Notes: generated from the letters alone by a model not told the origin. Shown: positions 9,297 to 19,074, counted from the stretch's first letter. The stretch: 64,000 nt of DNA from Nanobdellota archaeon (GCA_038044745.1 JBBSZK010000007.1:45521-109520), one strand, 5' to 3'. Program-made: numbers and translations.

Positions 9297-9457
9297 AGTA
9301 TTTCCTCCACATATGCCTTTATTTTAGCTTTTCCACCCGCATTGCGCACCAGAGACTCTTTGCACTTCTTGCACTTGACTCGGGTAGATGCCTTTCCAAA
9401 TATGATATGGGCGGTTTTGCACCGCGGGCATTTTATTCGCAAGAATTTACTCTCCAT
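9293..9457 (-). CDS. rps27e: 30S ribosomal protein S27e (54 aa, below the ORF-track cutoff)
   Basis: My translation is MESKFLRIKCPRCKTAHIIFGKASTRVKCKKCKESLVRNAGGKAKIKAYVEEIL. C4 zinc ribbon plus the GGKA motif. ATGA overlap with the aIF-2alpha start. Confidence 0.8.
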   Translation of the reverse strand: MESKFLRIKCPRCKTAHIIFGKASTRVKCKKCKESLVRNAGGKAKIKAYVEEIL

Positions 9458-9486
9458 GGTCTGTTTCGTTAGCGGTGAGGGCTTTT

Positions 9487-10806
9487 TTAAACCTTTATAA
9501 TGTCGACCTCAAGCACTCGTTGTATCTCTTCTAAAAATTGTCCTTCTTGTTCGCGTGTTATGAGTCCTCCGGCGGCATTGGGGTGCCCACCTACCTCTCC
9601 TGAAAGGGGAATAAGGGCCTTCGCAAGTATTTCTCGCACATTTCTTCCTTTTCTTCCCGCAAGTCGCGCTGAAATCTTTATCTTGTCTTGGTCATAGGCC
9701 ATTGCAATGATAATGGTTCCTTCAGGGTAAAGAGGGGAAAATGACATGATTGACGCAGCGGTGCCTATAATTGTGTCTCGTATTTTATCTTGCGCGTTTA
9801 CAATAGTATAATTTTTTCCGGTTATTTTCTGCGTTTCGTTTATGAACCGTAATGCAGAAGATATGCTCTGCTTGTATTCGATATAGATTTTTTCCGCTTC
9901 TTTTTGTCCTTCTTTGTTTCCAAGACAGAAGTTTAATGCCGTTTCTGAGCGTCCCATGCGACTGCAGGCGTTTATCATCGCAGATAACTCTCGAGCGTCC
10001 TCTTGCTTATTAAAGAATTTTATGAGGTATAAGTTTCCCACAATTTCCTTAGTTAGTTCTCCTTTGGTACATCGTATCATAATGGAAGTTACGAGTCGTT
10101 GCATTTCTTCTTCGCTCAACTCGGCTAAGCTTTTGAATCCTGTTTGACCTCGAGGGATATTAGCATCTCTTAAAAGTTCCATTACCCCTTTGAACGAGCC
10201 CGTCACACCCGGGATGAATAATGACGTTGAGTATTCGAGTACTTTATCTACGGGGCGTGTTGCGGGGTATAGTAATAACCCTTTTTTCATTGTGACGTTT
10301 GCTTCTTTAAGGAGTTCGCTATACCCCTTTGTAAGATTGCTTTCAAACATGTCACCAATCATACCTATTATTGAAAGAGTTGCGAGGTCGGTATTATTGG
10401 AGGATAATTCTCGTGCAAATCTGTATGCTATCGCCGCTCCTGAACAGGGCTCTTCGTTATATAATAGGGGGTTAATCATCGTGACGTTTTTTGGGATTTC
10501 TTGAGCAATTTCGTGGTGGTCGAAAATGAACACGCTTGTTTTTTTCTCGCGTAGATAGTCTAAGCTTCCTGAAGCAAGATCAAGAAACACGAGCGTTTCT
10601 TTGTCCGACAATTTATCAATAAACGGTTTCTCGAGATTTTTTACTATTTGTAATGAGAATCGTTTATTCCATCTCTGTAGGGCTCGTGCGAAAATAGCGG
10701 CGGAGGTTATTCCGTCCGTGTCATGGTGGCTAATGACTCGTATTGGCTTTTGCTGTGCGTGTGCTTCGAGTTTTATAATTGCTTCTTTTAGTTGCTCTTT
10801 TAGCAT
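9487..10806 (-). CDS. DHH/DHHA1 phosphoesterase, archaeal RecJ/Cdc45-like nuclease
   Basis: DHH motifs (ISHHDTDGITS, FLDL, FIFDHH) and DHHA1 GGHPNAAGG. Confidence 0.8.
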   Translation of the reverse strand: MLKEQLKEAIIKLEAHAQQKPIRVISHHDTDGITSAAIFARALQRWNKRFSLQIVKNLEKPFIDKLSDKETLVFLDLASGSLDYLREKKTSVFIFDHHEIAQEIPKNVTMINPLLYNEEPCSGAAIAYRFARELSSNNTDLATLSIIGMIGDMFESNLTKGYSELLKEANVTMKKGLLLYPATRPVDKVLEYSTSLFIPGVTGSFKGVMELLRDANIPRGQTGFKSLAELSEEEMQRLVTSIMIRCTKGELTKEIVGNLYLIKFFNKQEDARELSAMINACSRMGRSETALNFCLGNKEGQKEAEKIYIEYKQSISSALRFINETQKITGKNYTIVNAQDKIRDTIIGTAASIMSFSPLYPEGTIIIAMAYDQDKIKISARLAGRKGRNVREILAKALIPLSGEVGGHPNAAGGLITREQEGQFLEEIQRVLEVDIIKV

Positions 10807-10816
10807 TAGTGCTACC

Positions 10817-11146
10817 TTACCTCTTTTTACTAAGTCGTGTATGGAGCGCAGTTATGCGCGTTAACGAACGAATTGCTTTGTAATCATGTTTATGGGCTGC
10901 TGCATGTTTTGCTCTTGTTTCCATTTTCTTCTCACGCCCCTCTGCTTCTGAATCCTTCCAGAGATTTGCTTCTTTCAGTACTGCTCCTATTTTGAATCCA
11001 ACCAGTTTTGCACGAGGTATTCCGTGCTGGTCTCGTAATGCAAGCCCTATTTTTTCAGCGGTTAATCCTTTTTTTGCAAGTTCAATTACTTGTTTCTTAA
11101 TCTCTTCTGGTTGTGCGGTTACCCAGTTTGCTTTTGTTTCTGTCAT
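10817..11146 (-). CDS. rps15: 30S ribosomal protein S15 (uS15/S13e type)
   Basis: ELAKKGLTAEKIGLALRDQHGIPRAK matches the S13e N-domain. The C-terminal helical S15 domain is present. Confidence 0.85.
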   Translation of the reverse strand: MTETKANWVTAQPEEIKKQVIELAKKGLTAEKIGLALRDQHGIPRAKLVGFKIGAVLKEANLWKDSEAEGREKKMETRAKHAAAHKHDYKAIRSLTRITALHTRLSKKR

Positions 11147-11186
11147 GAGGGAGGTGTGTTTTTAGTGGTTTTAAAGGTTATGGTTC

Positions 11187-11444
11187 TTATGAAGAGGGAT
11201 AAGATAACCAGTGGTCGAGCCCTTGTCTTTTAAGTCTTTCAATAGTTTTTCGTCCGATTTTGCTTCGGCAAGCGTGCTCGTATGCAGTTACAATCTTTCG
11301 TTTTAGGTACTCGTAGTCCCCTCTAAACTCTTCCCATGTTTCCGCACCGTATGCTTGATAATACTCTCGGGCATCAAAGAGCAGTTTAATTGATGTTGCT
11401 CGCAAGTTTAATACGCGCGCTTGCAGACGTTCGGAGGTTTTCAT
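11187..11444 (-). CDS. hypothetical protein
   Basis: I trimmed the tracked ORF to the ATG at 11444 because its N-terminal extension overlaps tRNA-Gln. Confidence 0.35.
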   Translation of the reverse strand: MKTSERLQARVLNLRATSIKLLFDAREYYQAYGAETWEEFRGDYEYLKRKIVTAYEHACRSKIGRKTIERLKRQGLDHWLSYPSS

Positions 11445-11451
11445 CGAATCA

Positions 11452-11524
11452 TAGCCCCGCCCGGATTCGAACCGGGGTCTCAGGCGCCAAAGGCCTGCAT
11501 CCTTGACCACTAGACTACGGGGCT
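11452..11524 (-). tRNA. tRNA-Gln (anticodon UUG)
   Basis: Acceptor AGCCCCG/CGGGGCT, anticodon arm CAGGC-CTTTGGC-GCCTG, T arm CCCGG-TTCGAAT-CCGGG. Confidence 0.85.
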
Positions 11525-11562
11525 CTACTAGTAGGGACGTTTAAGCTGTTAAAAAGGTTACG

Positions 11563-12174
11563 CTAATACTGGGCCTTATAGCGGCCGCGTTTTTCTACTT
11601 TTTCGAGCTGTTTGAGCACAAGTGAAGCGTTTTTTGAAGTTTTGTAACCTGCTACGAATGCTTTGTAGAGCAGGTCGTGGTTTTTAGGGTGTTTGGCTTC
11701 AAGTGCTTCTTTGAACACGTGAACGTCTACTGCCTTGTCTTCAACTTTTTGTGAAATGAATCCTAGTCCGAAATCGATAATATGGGTCTCTCCTGTTTGA
11801 GGATTGTATATCATGTTTGAAGTGGTTAAGTCTCCGTGAACAATATGGTTGTCATGCAGTTTTGCTGTTGAAGCACCTACTTTTTTTGCAATTACTCTTT
11901 TATTTTTTAATTTATCAAAGTTTTCTGCAAGTTTCTTTCCTGCGATATACTCGAGTTCGAGTTCTTTTTCTTGTTCGTCTACTCTTTTTATTTTTGCAAC
12001 GGGAATCAATGTACTGGCTCTTTCAATCAGTTTTGCTTCGGCACGTGTTCGCTGTTTACGTAGTTTTTCATCGAGTTCGGGGTGGCGGTATCCTTTTACT
12101 ATCCGTTTTTTAATAACTGTTTTGCCTTTTTTTTCGATAACGGCTTCGGCTCCTCGGGCGATTATTTTATTCAT
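11563..12174 (-). CDS. bud32: KEOPS-associated kinase Bud32 (RIO-type)
   Basis: IARGAEAVI glycine-loop equivalent, HGDLTTSNMI catalytic loop, IDFGLG. Length about 200 aa. Confidence 0.8.
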   Translation of the reverse strand: MNKIIARGAEAVIEKKGKTVIKKRIVKGYRHPELDEKLRKQRTRAEAKLIERASTLIPVAKIKRVDEQEKELELEYIAGKKLAENFDKLKNKRVIAKKVGASTAKLHDNHIVHGDLTTSNMIYNPQTGETHIIDFGLGFISQKVEDKAVDVHVFKEALEAKHPKNHDLLYKAFVAGYKTSKNASLVLKQLEKVEKRGRYKAQY

Positions 12175-12485
12175 TTTATCTTGCCTAAATTTCCTCTAAG
12201 CGTTATTGCATCTATTGCTTCAAGTTCCTTTTCCATGTCTTTTTCCATAAGAGCATTGACTCCGATATAATCGGGGTTTCTTTCTTTGTCAAAATTTGCC
12301 ACGAGCACTGCCCCTGATTTATTCAATCCGTTTTTGAATTCTTTCATTGCTTTTAATTTTATATTTTTTGATTTTTGGTAATGGTTGTTAGGAAGAGGGA
12401 TTATTACTCTATGCTTTTTCTTTTCAAGCTTTTCTTTTATTGATTTGTACTCTTCGTAAAACTGCATACTTTCCACAATGATCAT
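12171..12485 (-). CDS. hypothetical protein
   Basis: 104-aa ORF with a 4-nt overlap with bud32. No motif recognised. Confidence 0.45.
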   Translation of the reverse strand: MIIVESMQFYEEYKSIKEKLEKKKHRVIIPLPNNHYQKSKNIKLKAMKEFKNGLNKSGAVLVANFDKERNPDYIGVNALMEKDMEKELEAIDAITLRGNLGKIK

Positions 12486-12491
12486 CTTCGT

Positions 12492-13856
12492 CTAGAATCT
12501 TCCTTTCATCTTCCTGCCGAATTTCTTTGCTAATTTCATCATCGTCTTTTGGTCTAAGGTTCCGGATTCTGCGATTTTGCCTTGTGATTGGACCATTTCC
12601 TTGAGCAACTTGTACTGTTTTATGAGCGCTCGTATTTCGGATGTGGTAGTTCCTGATCCCTTTGCGATTCGTGCAATACGCGAGGTCTGTTTTTCGAGGA
12701 GTTCCGGATTTTCTACTTCTGCCTGCGTCATGCTGTTGATTGCATGTTTCCATCGTTTTGCTTGACTTTGTTGTTTTTCCATGGCTTCTTTGGAAACGTT
12801 GGCTTGACCGAGCCCGGGAATCATAGCCATAATCTTGTCCATTGAGCCCACGTTTTCCATAGTCTCAAGTTGGGCTTGCAAATCGCGTAGGGTGAATTTG
12901 CCCTCTTTGAGGTTTTGTGTGGTTTTCTCGAGCTCTTTTTGGTTAGTGACTGATTCTATTTTTTCGAGCAATGCTTTGAGATCGCCCATACCGAGCAGAC
13001 GGGAAAGAAATGCGTCGGGATCAAAGTGTTCAAGCTCATGCGGTTTTTCTCCCGTGCCTATAAACACTACGGGAGCTTTTGCTTCGGCACAGGCGGTTAA
13101 TGCACCCCCTGCTTTAGCGGTGGAGTCCATTCTCGTTATAATGACGCCGGTGATATTGACTGCTTCTTTGAATGTCGAGGCTTGTTTCCGCGCTGTTTGG
13201 CCCACGTCTGCAGGCATGACGAGGAATGTTTCGGTAGGTTTCGCTTCTTTGGCGATTGCCTTGATCTCCTTTATCAATTCGCTGTCGAGTGCGTCTCTTC
13301 CTGCGGTGTCTATAAGCACAATATCATATTTTTCAAGCTCTTTTTGATAGTGCTTAAGAATTTTAAGAGGATTCTTCTCTTCGGGCGCAATGAACGCGGA
13401 CACATTGACTTTAGCGCATGCTTGTTTGAGCTGCTCTGCGGCTGCAGGGCGATGTACGTCAAGCCCCACCGCACAGACTTTATGCCCTCTCTTAGCGTAA
13501 TAGAATGCAATTTTGCTTATGGTTGTCGTTTTTCCTGCTCCATAGAGCCCCAGCATCATGAAGACATTCTTTTTTCCCAATTCTATTTTTTTCTGTATTC
13601 CGAGGAGTGCTCGTAATTCCCCATGTAATACTTTGATGAGATGTTCTTTCTTTTCAAGACCCTTTATGCGCTCATCATACGCCACCTTTCGAAGTTTCTC
13701 TGAAAGTTCAAGTACGATTTTGACGTTAACGTCGGCTTCAATGAGCGCGCGTTGTAGGTCTTTTACGAGCGATTCTACGACTTCTTTATCGAGGAAGAGC
13801 GCATTTGCTATCTTGTCTGTTGTTTTCTTTAATATTGACGAGAGCTTTTCAAGCAT
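12492..13856 (-). CDS. srp54: signal recognition particle protein SRP54
   Basis: N domain, G domain (GLYGAGKTTT, DTAGR, TRMD) and a Met-rich M domain. Confidence 0.95.
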   Translation of the reverse strand: MLEKLSSILKKTTDKIANALFLDKEVVESLVKDLQRALIEADVNVKIVLELSEKLRKVAYDERIKGLEKKEHLIKVLHGELRALLGIQKKIELGKKNVFMMLGLYGAGKTTTISKIAFYYAKRGHKVCAVGLDVHRPAAAEQLKQACAKVNVSAFIAPEEKNPLKILKHYQKELEKYDIVLIDTAGRDALDSELIKEIKAIAKEAKPTETFLVMPADVGQTARKQASTFKEAVNITGVIITRMDSTAKAGGALTACAEAKAPVVFIGTGEKPHELEHFDPDAFLSRLLGMGDLKALLEKIESVTNQKELEKTTQNLKEGKFTLRDLQAQLETMENVGSMDKIMAMIPGLGQANVSKEAMEKQQSQAKRWKHAINSMTQAEVENPELLEKQTSRIARIAKGSGTTTSEIRALIKQYKLLKEMVQSQGKIAESGTLDQKTMMKLAKKFGRKMKGRF

Positions 13857-13982
13857 ATCTCACGTTGTCTTGAGAAGGTTAATAAAGTTGTGGTTGCTTC
13901 GGCTGTCTGCTTGAGCGTCGCTCGACGGCTCGTGACACAAAGATTTATTAATTTGTTTTGGGTTTTTTCGATAGGCGAATAT

Positions 13983-14300
13983 ATGATACTTGAATCGGCA
14001 TCTGAGCCCGACCTTATCGCGCTCGAGAGATTGGTTGAAGACCTAAGTGGTCGGTTTTTAGATGATCGTATACGATTTGTTCCCCTGTACCTTTCTCACG
14101 TTGGCGCCACTGTAGAAGGTATAACGGAAGCCGATCTTACCACACGTACGGGCGATAGTTCGCCTGTTGTTGCGCGCCGATGTTCGTACCTTGTGTGCCT
14201 TGACTATGTTGAACGTGTGCGGAGCGCAAGTCCTGACTTCGTCTATGTCTTGACTCCAAAGGGAAAGAGGATGTGGCTGCATCATTGTTCGACCGATTAA
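13983..14300 (+). CDS. hypothetical protein, possible winged-helix fold
   Basis: ATG at 13983 chosen. The C-terminal YVLTPKGKRMW resembles a wHTH wing. Confidence 0.4.
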   Translation: MILESASEPDLIALERLVEDLSGRFLDDRIRFVPLYLSHVGATVEGITEADLTTRTGDSSPVVARRCSYLVCLDYVERVRSASPDFVYVLTPKGKRMWLHHCSTD

Positions 14301-14401
14301 TTCATTTTTCCTGAGTTGTTTTGCTCGATTCGATATTTTCTCGCTGAAATAGTTCTCTATTTGGAAGGGTTTTCTTAAGAATTGCGGCTTCGGTGTTCCC
14401 T

Positions 14402-15466
14402 TTATTCGTTGAGGCCGAGGTTTTTCAGAATATCTTGTTTTTTAAACGGTTTAAGGTCTTCGTATCCTTGACCCATACCTAAGAAATAGATTGGTTTTTG
14501 TGTTACGTGGGACACGGAAAGGGCAGTGCCTCCCTTGTCGTCTACATCGGCTTTTGTGAGGATGATTCCATCTATTCCTGCAGTTTCATTGAACATGCGC
14601 GCTTGTTCGGTGGCGTCGTTTCCTGTAATTGCTTCGCCTACAAACAATTTAAGGTCTGGCTGTGAGATGCGCACTATTTTTTCCATTTCTTTCATGAGAT
14701 TATCTCGTGTGTACATACGCCCTGCAGTGTCTATAAGCACAACTTTTATTCCGTGAGCTTGGGCGTATTTTCTTGCATCGAAAGCCACCGCTGCAGGGTC
14801 TGCTCCGTACTGCTGCTTTACAACAGGTATCTTAATGCGCTGACCATGCGTTTCAAGTTGTTCTATGGATGCGGCTCTGAACGTGTCTCCCGCTGCCATG
14901 ACGCAGGAAATGTGGTTCTTCTTTAAGTAATGTGCAATTTTCGCTACAGATGTTGTTTTTCCTGAACCATTGATTCCAAAAAAGAGCATAGTAAAAATCC
15001 CTTGTTTTTTCTTGATTGTTTCAAGAAGGTCTTGTGGTTCTTTGAGCAAGGTCTTGATTGACTCATTCAGCTGTTTTGTTATCTCGTTTACAAGACTTTC
15101 TTTTTTTAATTCGATTCCTACGAGCCGTGTTTCAAGTTCTTTTTTAAGTGCGTCAACTACTTCCAGGGCGACGTTGCTTTCTAGAAGCGCAAGCTCTAAT
15201 TCATAAAACAATTCATTGAAGTCGCTCGTAGTTATCTTCTTTGATGAAACCTTTGCAAAAATCTTCCCGAAGAAACCTTCTTTCTTTTCTGTTTCCTTTT
15301 CTTTAATTGATTCGATAATGGGTGATTGTTCTTTTTCTTTTCTTGGCTTCTTTTTTTCGCCTTTCTTTATGTTCTTCGTTTTCTCTTTTTTCTCACTCCT
15401 CTTTGGCTTCTTTTCTCTCTCTGTCCCTAACCAATTTTTGAGCTTTTTTTTCAACGATTCAAACAT
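14402..15466 (-). CDS. ftsY: SRP receptor FtsY
   Basis: Lys/Glu-rich N-terminus, then an NG domain (GINGSGKTTS, DTAGR, TKAD). Confidence 0.9.
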   Translation of the reverse strand: MFESLKKKLKNWLGTEREKKPKRSEKKEKTKNIKKGEKKKPRKEKEQSPIIESIKEKETEKKEGFFGKIFAKVSSKKITTSDFNELFYELELALLESNVALEVVDALKKELETRLVGIELKKESLVNEITKQLNESIKTLLKEPQDLLETIKKKQGIFTMLFFGINGSGKTTSVAKIAHYLKKNHISCVMAAGDTFRAASIEQLETHGQRIKIPVVKQQYGADPAAVAFDARKYAQAHGIKVVLIDTAGRMYTRDNLMKEMEKIVRISQPDLKLFVGEAITGNDATEQARMFNETAGIDGIILTKADVDDKGGTALSVSHVTQKPIYFLGMGQGYEDLKPFKKQDILKNLGLNE

Positions 15467-15516
15467 ATTTATTCGAGTGAGAGAACGTTTATAAGGTTTC
15501 AGTTGGTATTTTTGTT

Positions 15517-16764
15517 ATGAAAGGGGTATTTGTAGTCCTCGACGGGGTTGCCGATGATTCTTTGCAGATATTCAAGGGGCAAAGTCCGCTTGAACGTGCT
15601 CAAACACCCTTTCTTGATAAACTGGCTCGCGCAAGTCGCATCGACTCTTGCATGGTGGTCAAAGAAGGTGTCGCCCCCGAATCTTCTGGCGCCATCTTGT
15701 CTTTGTTAGGATACGACTCTCAATCGGTTGCACGTGGTCCGTTGGAAGCTCTTGGAGCCGGTATTCGTGTTTCTCGCGGTGATCTCGTTCTCCGCACTAA
15801 TTTTTCTACTATCGAGGATATTGCTTCATTGCGTTTGCTTGATCGTCGTGCAGGTAGAACATTGAGCACTCGAGATGCAAGGATACTTGCTCACGCAATC
15901 AATTCCCAAGTTAAGCTCCCGCATCCCTTTACTTTTTGTCCTACCGTGCAACATCGTGGCGTCGTTGTGTTTAAAGGAGGATTTTCTGATAACATCAGCA
16001 ATGTTGATCCCCATTATGGCTCGGGGTCGGTTTCTGGCGCAGGAGAAGTTGTGCCTCTTTCGCATTCGCTTGACGATGATTCTGAGTCAAAAGTTGCGGC
16101 TAATCTTGTTAATATGTTTGTTCGACGGAGCTTCGAGGTGCTTGATGTGCACCCGCTCAATATTGCGCGTGCTAAGAAAGGTTTTTTTTCGGCAAACTTT
16201 TTACTTTGTCGTGATCCTGGTAGCGAAATTCCTCGATTGCCTAAACTTAAGGGTTCGTGGATGAGCTTGACGTATATGCCTCTCGAGGTAGGAATATCTC
16301 GTGCGGCTAAGATGGATATTCATACGTTTGCGTATCCTCCTTTGCAGGGCATTGATGTGTACGAAAATCTTTATTCAGGCCTTGCGCAGGCCGTTAAGGA
16401 GGCTACGCGCACGCTTTCTAGTCACGCTAATCACTATGACTATTTTTTTGTCCATTTCAAGGAGACCGATGTTCCTGGCCATGATAACAAACCTCTTGAT
16501 AAAGTGAAGATGATTGAATTTATTGATCAACGTTTTTTTGCTTTTTTGACGCCCTTTGTTGAGAAGTGGGGTGTTCGGGTAGTTGTTACGGCAGATCATA
16601 CGACGTCTTGTCGTCTTAAAACGCACACTGCTGCTCCTGTCCCTGTTTTGTTTTATAATCCCTCTTCTTTGCAAGCCCATAGTGGACGTTTTACGGAATC
16701 TTGTGCCTCACAAGGAAAATTATATCGCGGCTCTTCTCTTCTTGATAAGACTCTTCTTTCTTAG
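15517..16764 (+). CDS. apgM: 2,3-bisphosphoglycerate-independent phosphoglycerate mutase, archaeal ApgM type
   Basis: VLDGVADD, TPFLDKLA, ESSGAILSLLGYD and ADHTT motifs. 415 aa. Confidence 0.85.
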   Translation: MKGVFVVLDGVADDSLQIFKGQSPLERAQTPFLDKLARASRIDSCMVVKEGVAPESSGAILSLLGYDSQSVARGPLEALGAGIRVSRGDLVLRTNFSTIEDIASLRLLDRRAGRTLSTRDARILAHAINSQVKLPHPFTFCPTVQHRGVVVFKGGFSDNISNVDPHYGSGSVSGAGEVVPLSHSLDDDSESKVAANLVNMFVRRSFEVLDVHPLNIARAKKGFFSANFLLCRDPGSEIPRLPKLKGSWMSLTYMPLEVGISRAAKMDIHTFAYPPLQGIDVYENLYSGLAQAVKEATRTLSSHANHYDYFFVHFKETDVPGHDNKPLDKVKMIEFIDQRFFAFLTPFVEKWGVRVVVTADHTTSCRLKTHTAAPVPVLFYNPSSLQAHSGRFTESCASQGKLYRGSSLLDKTLLS

Positions 16765-16810
16765 CGGAGGGTGCAGTAATAGTTATATAGCATGAACGAA
16801 CCTCTTTTTT

Positions 16811-17359
16811 ATGGACTACACTGAGTTGTATGAATTGCTTCGTAAAGAAAAATATGCTGATTCTTTGCAAACGTTGCCCAAGGGATTTGTTGATGATTTC
16901 TCTACGTACTTGCGCGAGCGTCGAGCTTCACTTGCAGATTCTTCGGATCTCTTTTCAGAAGAGGTTCTAAAATCAAAGAAACAGTTTGAGAATGCTCTTT
17001 CTATATTTAAGGAGCTTATGCGCATTCGTAAACGTAAAATTTTGAATTTGGTTTTTGTGGCTTCCGAGACGGGAATTATGAAACGTGATTTTAGCACTAT
17101 GCTCTCATTTGAACAAGCTCTCTTTGAACGTCTTGTTCTTGCCGTTGAGGATGCAGATAAGGATCTCCAACAGCAGCTTCATGGTGCGCGCGCAGTTCTC
17201 GGAGAAAACAAAATGGTTATTGTACGTCAGCCGATTGCAGAATTTGTTGATATGAATGGGGGCGTCATTGGTCCCTTTGAGGCAGGATCGCTTGTTAATC
17301 TTGATGCGAAGGTGGCCGATATTTTACTTACCGAACAGAAGGTTTCTTTGGTTGATTAA
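16811..17359 (+). CDS. GINS subunit (Gins51/Gins15-like), putative
   Basis: N-terminus YELLRKEKYADSLQTLPKGFVDDFSTYL plus a later IRKRKILNL helix follow the archaeal GINS A-domain pattern. Recalled pattern only. Confidence 0.5.
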   Translation: MDYTELYELLRKEKYADSLQTLPKGFVDDFSTYLRERRASLADSSDLFSEEVLKSKKQFENALSIFKELMRIRKRKILNLVFVASETGIMKRDFSTMLSFEQALFERLVLAVEDADKDLQQQLHGARAVLGENKMVIVRQPIAEFVDMNGGVIGPFEAGSLVNLDAKVADILLTEQKVSLVD

Positions 17360-17364
17360 AGAAC

Positions 17365-17515
17365 AAGGTGCAGGCGTCGTGCCCACACCCCGTTCAGAAT
17401 AAGGGTTGTGATCTGCATCACAAGGGTGGTGGTTTTCCCGTGTTTTTGGGAAGTATAACCCGCCCCTTTGCAGGGGCTGGTCGTTGGGTTGTTGTCATGG
17501 TATGACCTCCGTTTT
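17365..17515 (+). ncRNA. candidate structured ncRNA of unknown class (GC-rich intergenic island); boundaries and strand approximate
   Basis: Four consecutive hairpins are visible: TTGTGAT-ctgc-ATCACAA, TTCCC-gtgttttt-GGGAA flanked by GGTT/AACC, GCCCC-tttgca-GGGGC. The island ends at a T5 run. GC content is clearly above that of neighbouring intergenic DNA. Confidence 0.25.
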
Positions 17516-17614
17516 TCATACTATCCCTAGCCGTGGGCTTTATTAGTAGGTTGTTAAACGTTTTTCCTGAATGAGCTTTCATAACCTTTAAAAATGCCTG
17601 CGTGTCGTTAGACT

Positions 17615-18274
17615 ATGACTCGGTTCTATCTTGTTCCCCAATGGTTCTTTGGGTATGACATTGCGCTTGAAATCTTCTTTGGAATGATTACTTTGCTTAT
17701 TTCTCTTTACTCTTTTCGTATTTATCGTCTGTCTTGTCAAAGGGAATGTCGGATTTTAGGATGGGGTTTTCTTTCGATTGCACTCGGTTATTTCACGTGG
17801 TCCGCACTTAACATTTACGTTTCTTCTCAGTTGAACGCCCCTGGCTTAGAGATTCCGCTTCGGCAGGTTACTTCTATTGCGACTTTGGCGGCTTGGGCAC
17901 ATATCGGCTTCCTTGTTGCGGGCGCTGCAACACTCGCGTACATGACGCTCCCTTCACGCTCTGAACGAAGTTATGTTGTTTTTGTTACACTTAGCTTGCT
18001 TGTTGTCGTGTTTGCTCTTAAGAAGGCCCTTGCGTTTTATTTTGTTTCTTCTTTCCTCATGTTTATCGTGCTTTCTCATTATCTTATACTCTATATGCGG
18101 CGTCGTCATAGGGGCACGCTTTTGATGTTTTTCGCATTCTTGTTTGTCTTTTTGGGTAACGTTGACTTTATTTTTGCCACGTTGCACCCCTTACATTACT
18201 TTGTTGGTCACGTTTTTCATTTGATAGGGTATCTTTTCGCGTTGGCCAGCCTCTTATCCGTTTTACGCTCATGA
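17615..18274 (+). CDS. polytopic membrane protein, unknown function
   Basis: 219 aa with about 6-7 hydrophobic helices. TATA cctttaaaaatg lies about 25 nt upstream. Confidence 0.5.
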   Translation: MTRFYLVPQWFFGYDIALEIFFGMITLLISLYSFRIYRLSCQRECRILGWGFLSIALGYFTWSALNIYVSSQLNAPGLEIPLRQVTSIATLAAWAHIGFLVAGAATLAYMTLPSRSERSYVVFVTLSLLVVVFALKKALAFYFVSSFLMFIVLSHYLILYMRRRHRGTLLMFFAFLFVFLGNVDFIFATLHPLHYFVGHVFHLIGYLFALASLLSVLRS

Positions 18275-18546
18275 CTAAAAAACGTACACGACTCGAAGTT
18301 ATTCGCGATATTTTATCTGTGATTCGGGACCGAAACGGGAAGATTAAACCGACGCATATTTTGTACAAATCTAATCTATCGCATCCTATGATGGAGGAAT
18401 ATCTAGGAGAACTTATCGGGAAGGGGTTTGTCATTGAACACACCGCTGCCCGGGGTAAAACGTATTCGGTTACACCTAAGGGTCTTGAGTATCTGGCGAA
18501 ATATCGTGCGATTATCGAGTTTAATCAGAGTTTTGGGTTGGAATAA
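18271..18546 (+). CDS. winged helix-turn-helix protein (archaeal HTH_45-like)
   Basis: RLEVIRDILSVI...ILYKSNLSHPMMEEYLGELIGKGFV...YSVTPKGLEYL. ATGA overlap with the upstream membrane protein. Confidence 0.6.
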   Translation: MTKKRTRLEVIRDILSVIRDRNGKIKPTHILYKSNLSHPMMEEYLGELIGKGFVIEHTAARGKTYSVTPKGLEYLAKYRAIIEFNQSFGLE

Positions 18547-18638
18547 ACCCTTATTTGGCCCTGAACTCTTTAGGAACCTAGGAACCTCCGATGAGGGGTT
18601 TGAATCTGTTTAATCCTGTAACTGTTATTGCAAGAGAG

Positions 18639-19007
18639 TTAGTTTATGATGCTATCCTTAACTAAAGCTAATTGATTACCCTCAGAATCTTTGAAAAAAG
18701 CATTTCTCCCCCATGGAAAGGCAGTTATTTGATTCTCATCTACACTTATGAAATTAGCCATCTTTTTATCTGAGAAAAAGTTAACTCCTTTCTTTGTTAA
18801 TTTTTTAACTTCATTATCTAAATCATCGACGTAAAATTCGAGGCCTACGGTTATTCCCGCATGTAAATAAAGATGAATCTCAGCATCTCCTACTTTTATC
18901 GCTGCCCACTCTTTGTCCTCATGACGGCAGTGTAATCCTAATGTTTCAGTATAAAACTCAATAGCTCTTTTCAAATCCTTAACTTTAACATCAATAATTG
19001 CCTTCAT
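18639..19007 (-). CDS. VOC family protein (glyoxalase/bleomycin-resistance fold)
   Basis: The N-terminus VKDLKRAIEFYTETLGL and a paired beta-alpha-beta-beta-beta layout match the VOC fold. The gene is AT-rich. Confidence 0.75.
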   Translation of the reverse strand: MKAIIDVKVKDLKRAIEFYTETLGLHCRHEDKEWAAIKVGDAEIHLYLHAGITVGLEFYVDDLDNEVKKLTKKGVNFFSDKKMANFISVDENQITAFPWGRNAFFKDSEGNQLALVKDSIIN

Positions 19008-19074
19008 AAAAATAGGTCTTTTTTGGTTTATTTAAGCGTATTCTTCAACAAACGCCGCCATGTTTGTTGGTTAT

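Noticed and set aside
17384-17410. GCCCACACCCCGTT resembles the 5S rRNA CCACACCCG segment
   Set aside because: No CCGAAC or GAAGTTAAGC follows it, and the overall fold does not match 5S rRNA.
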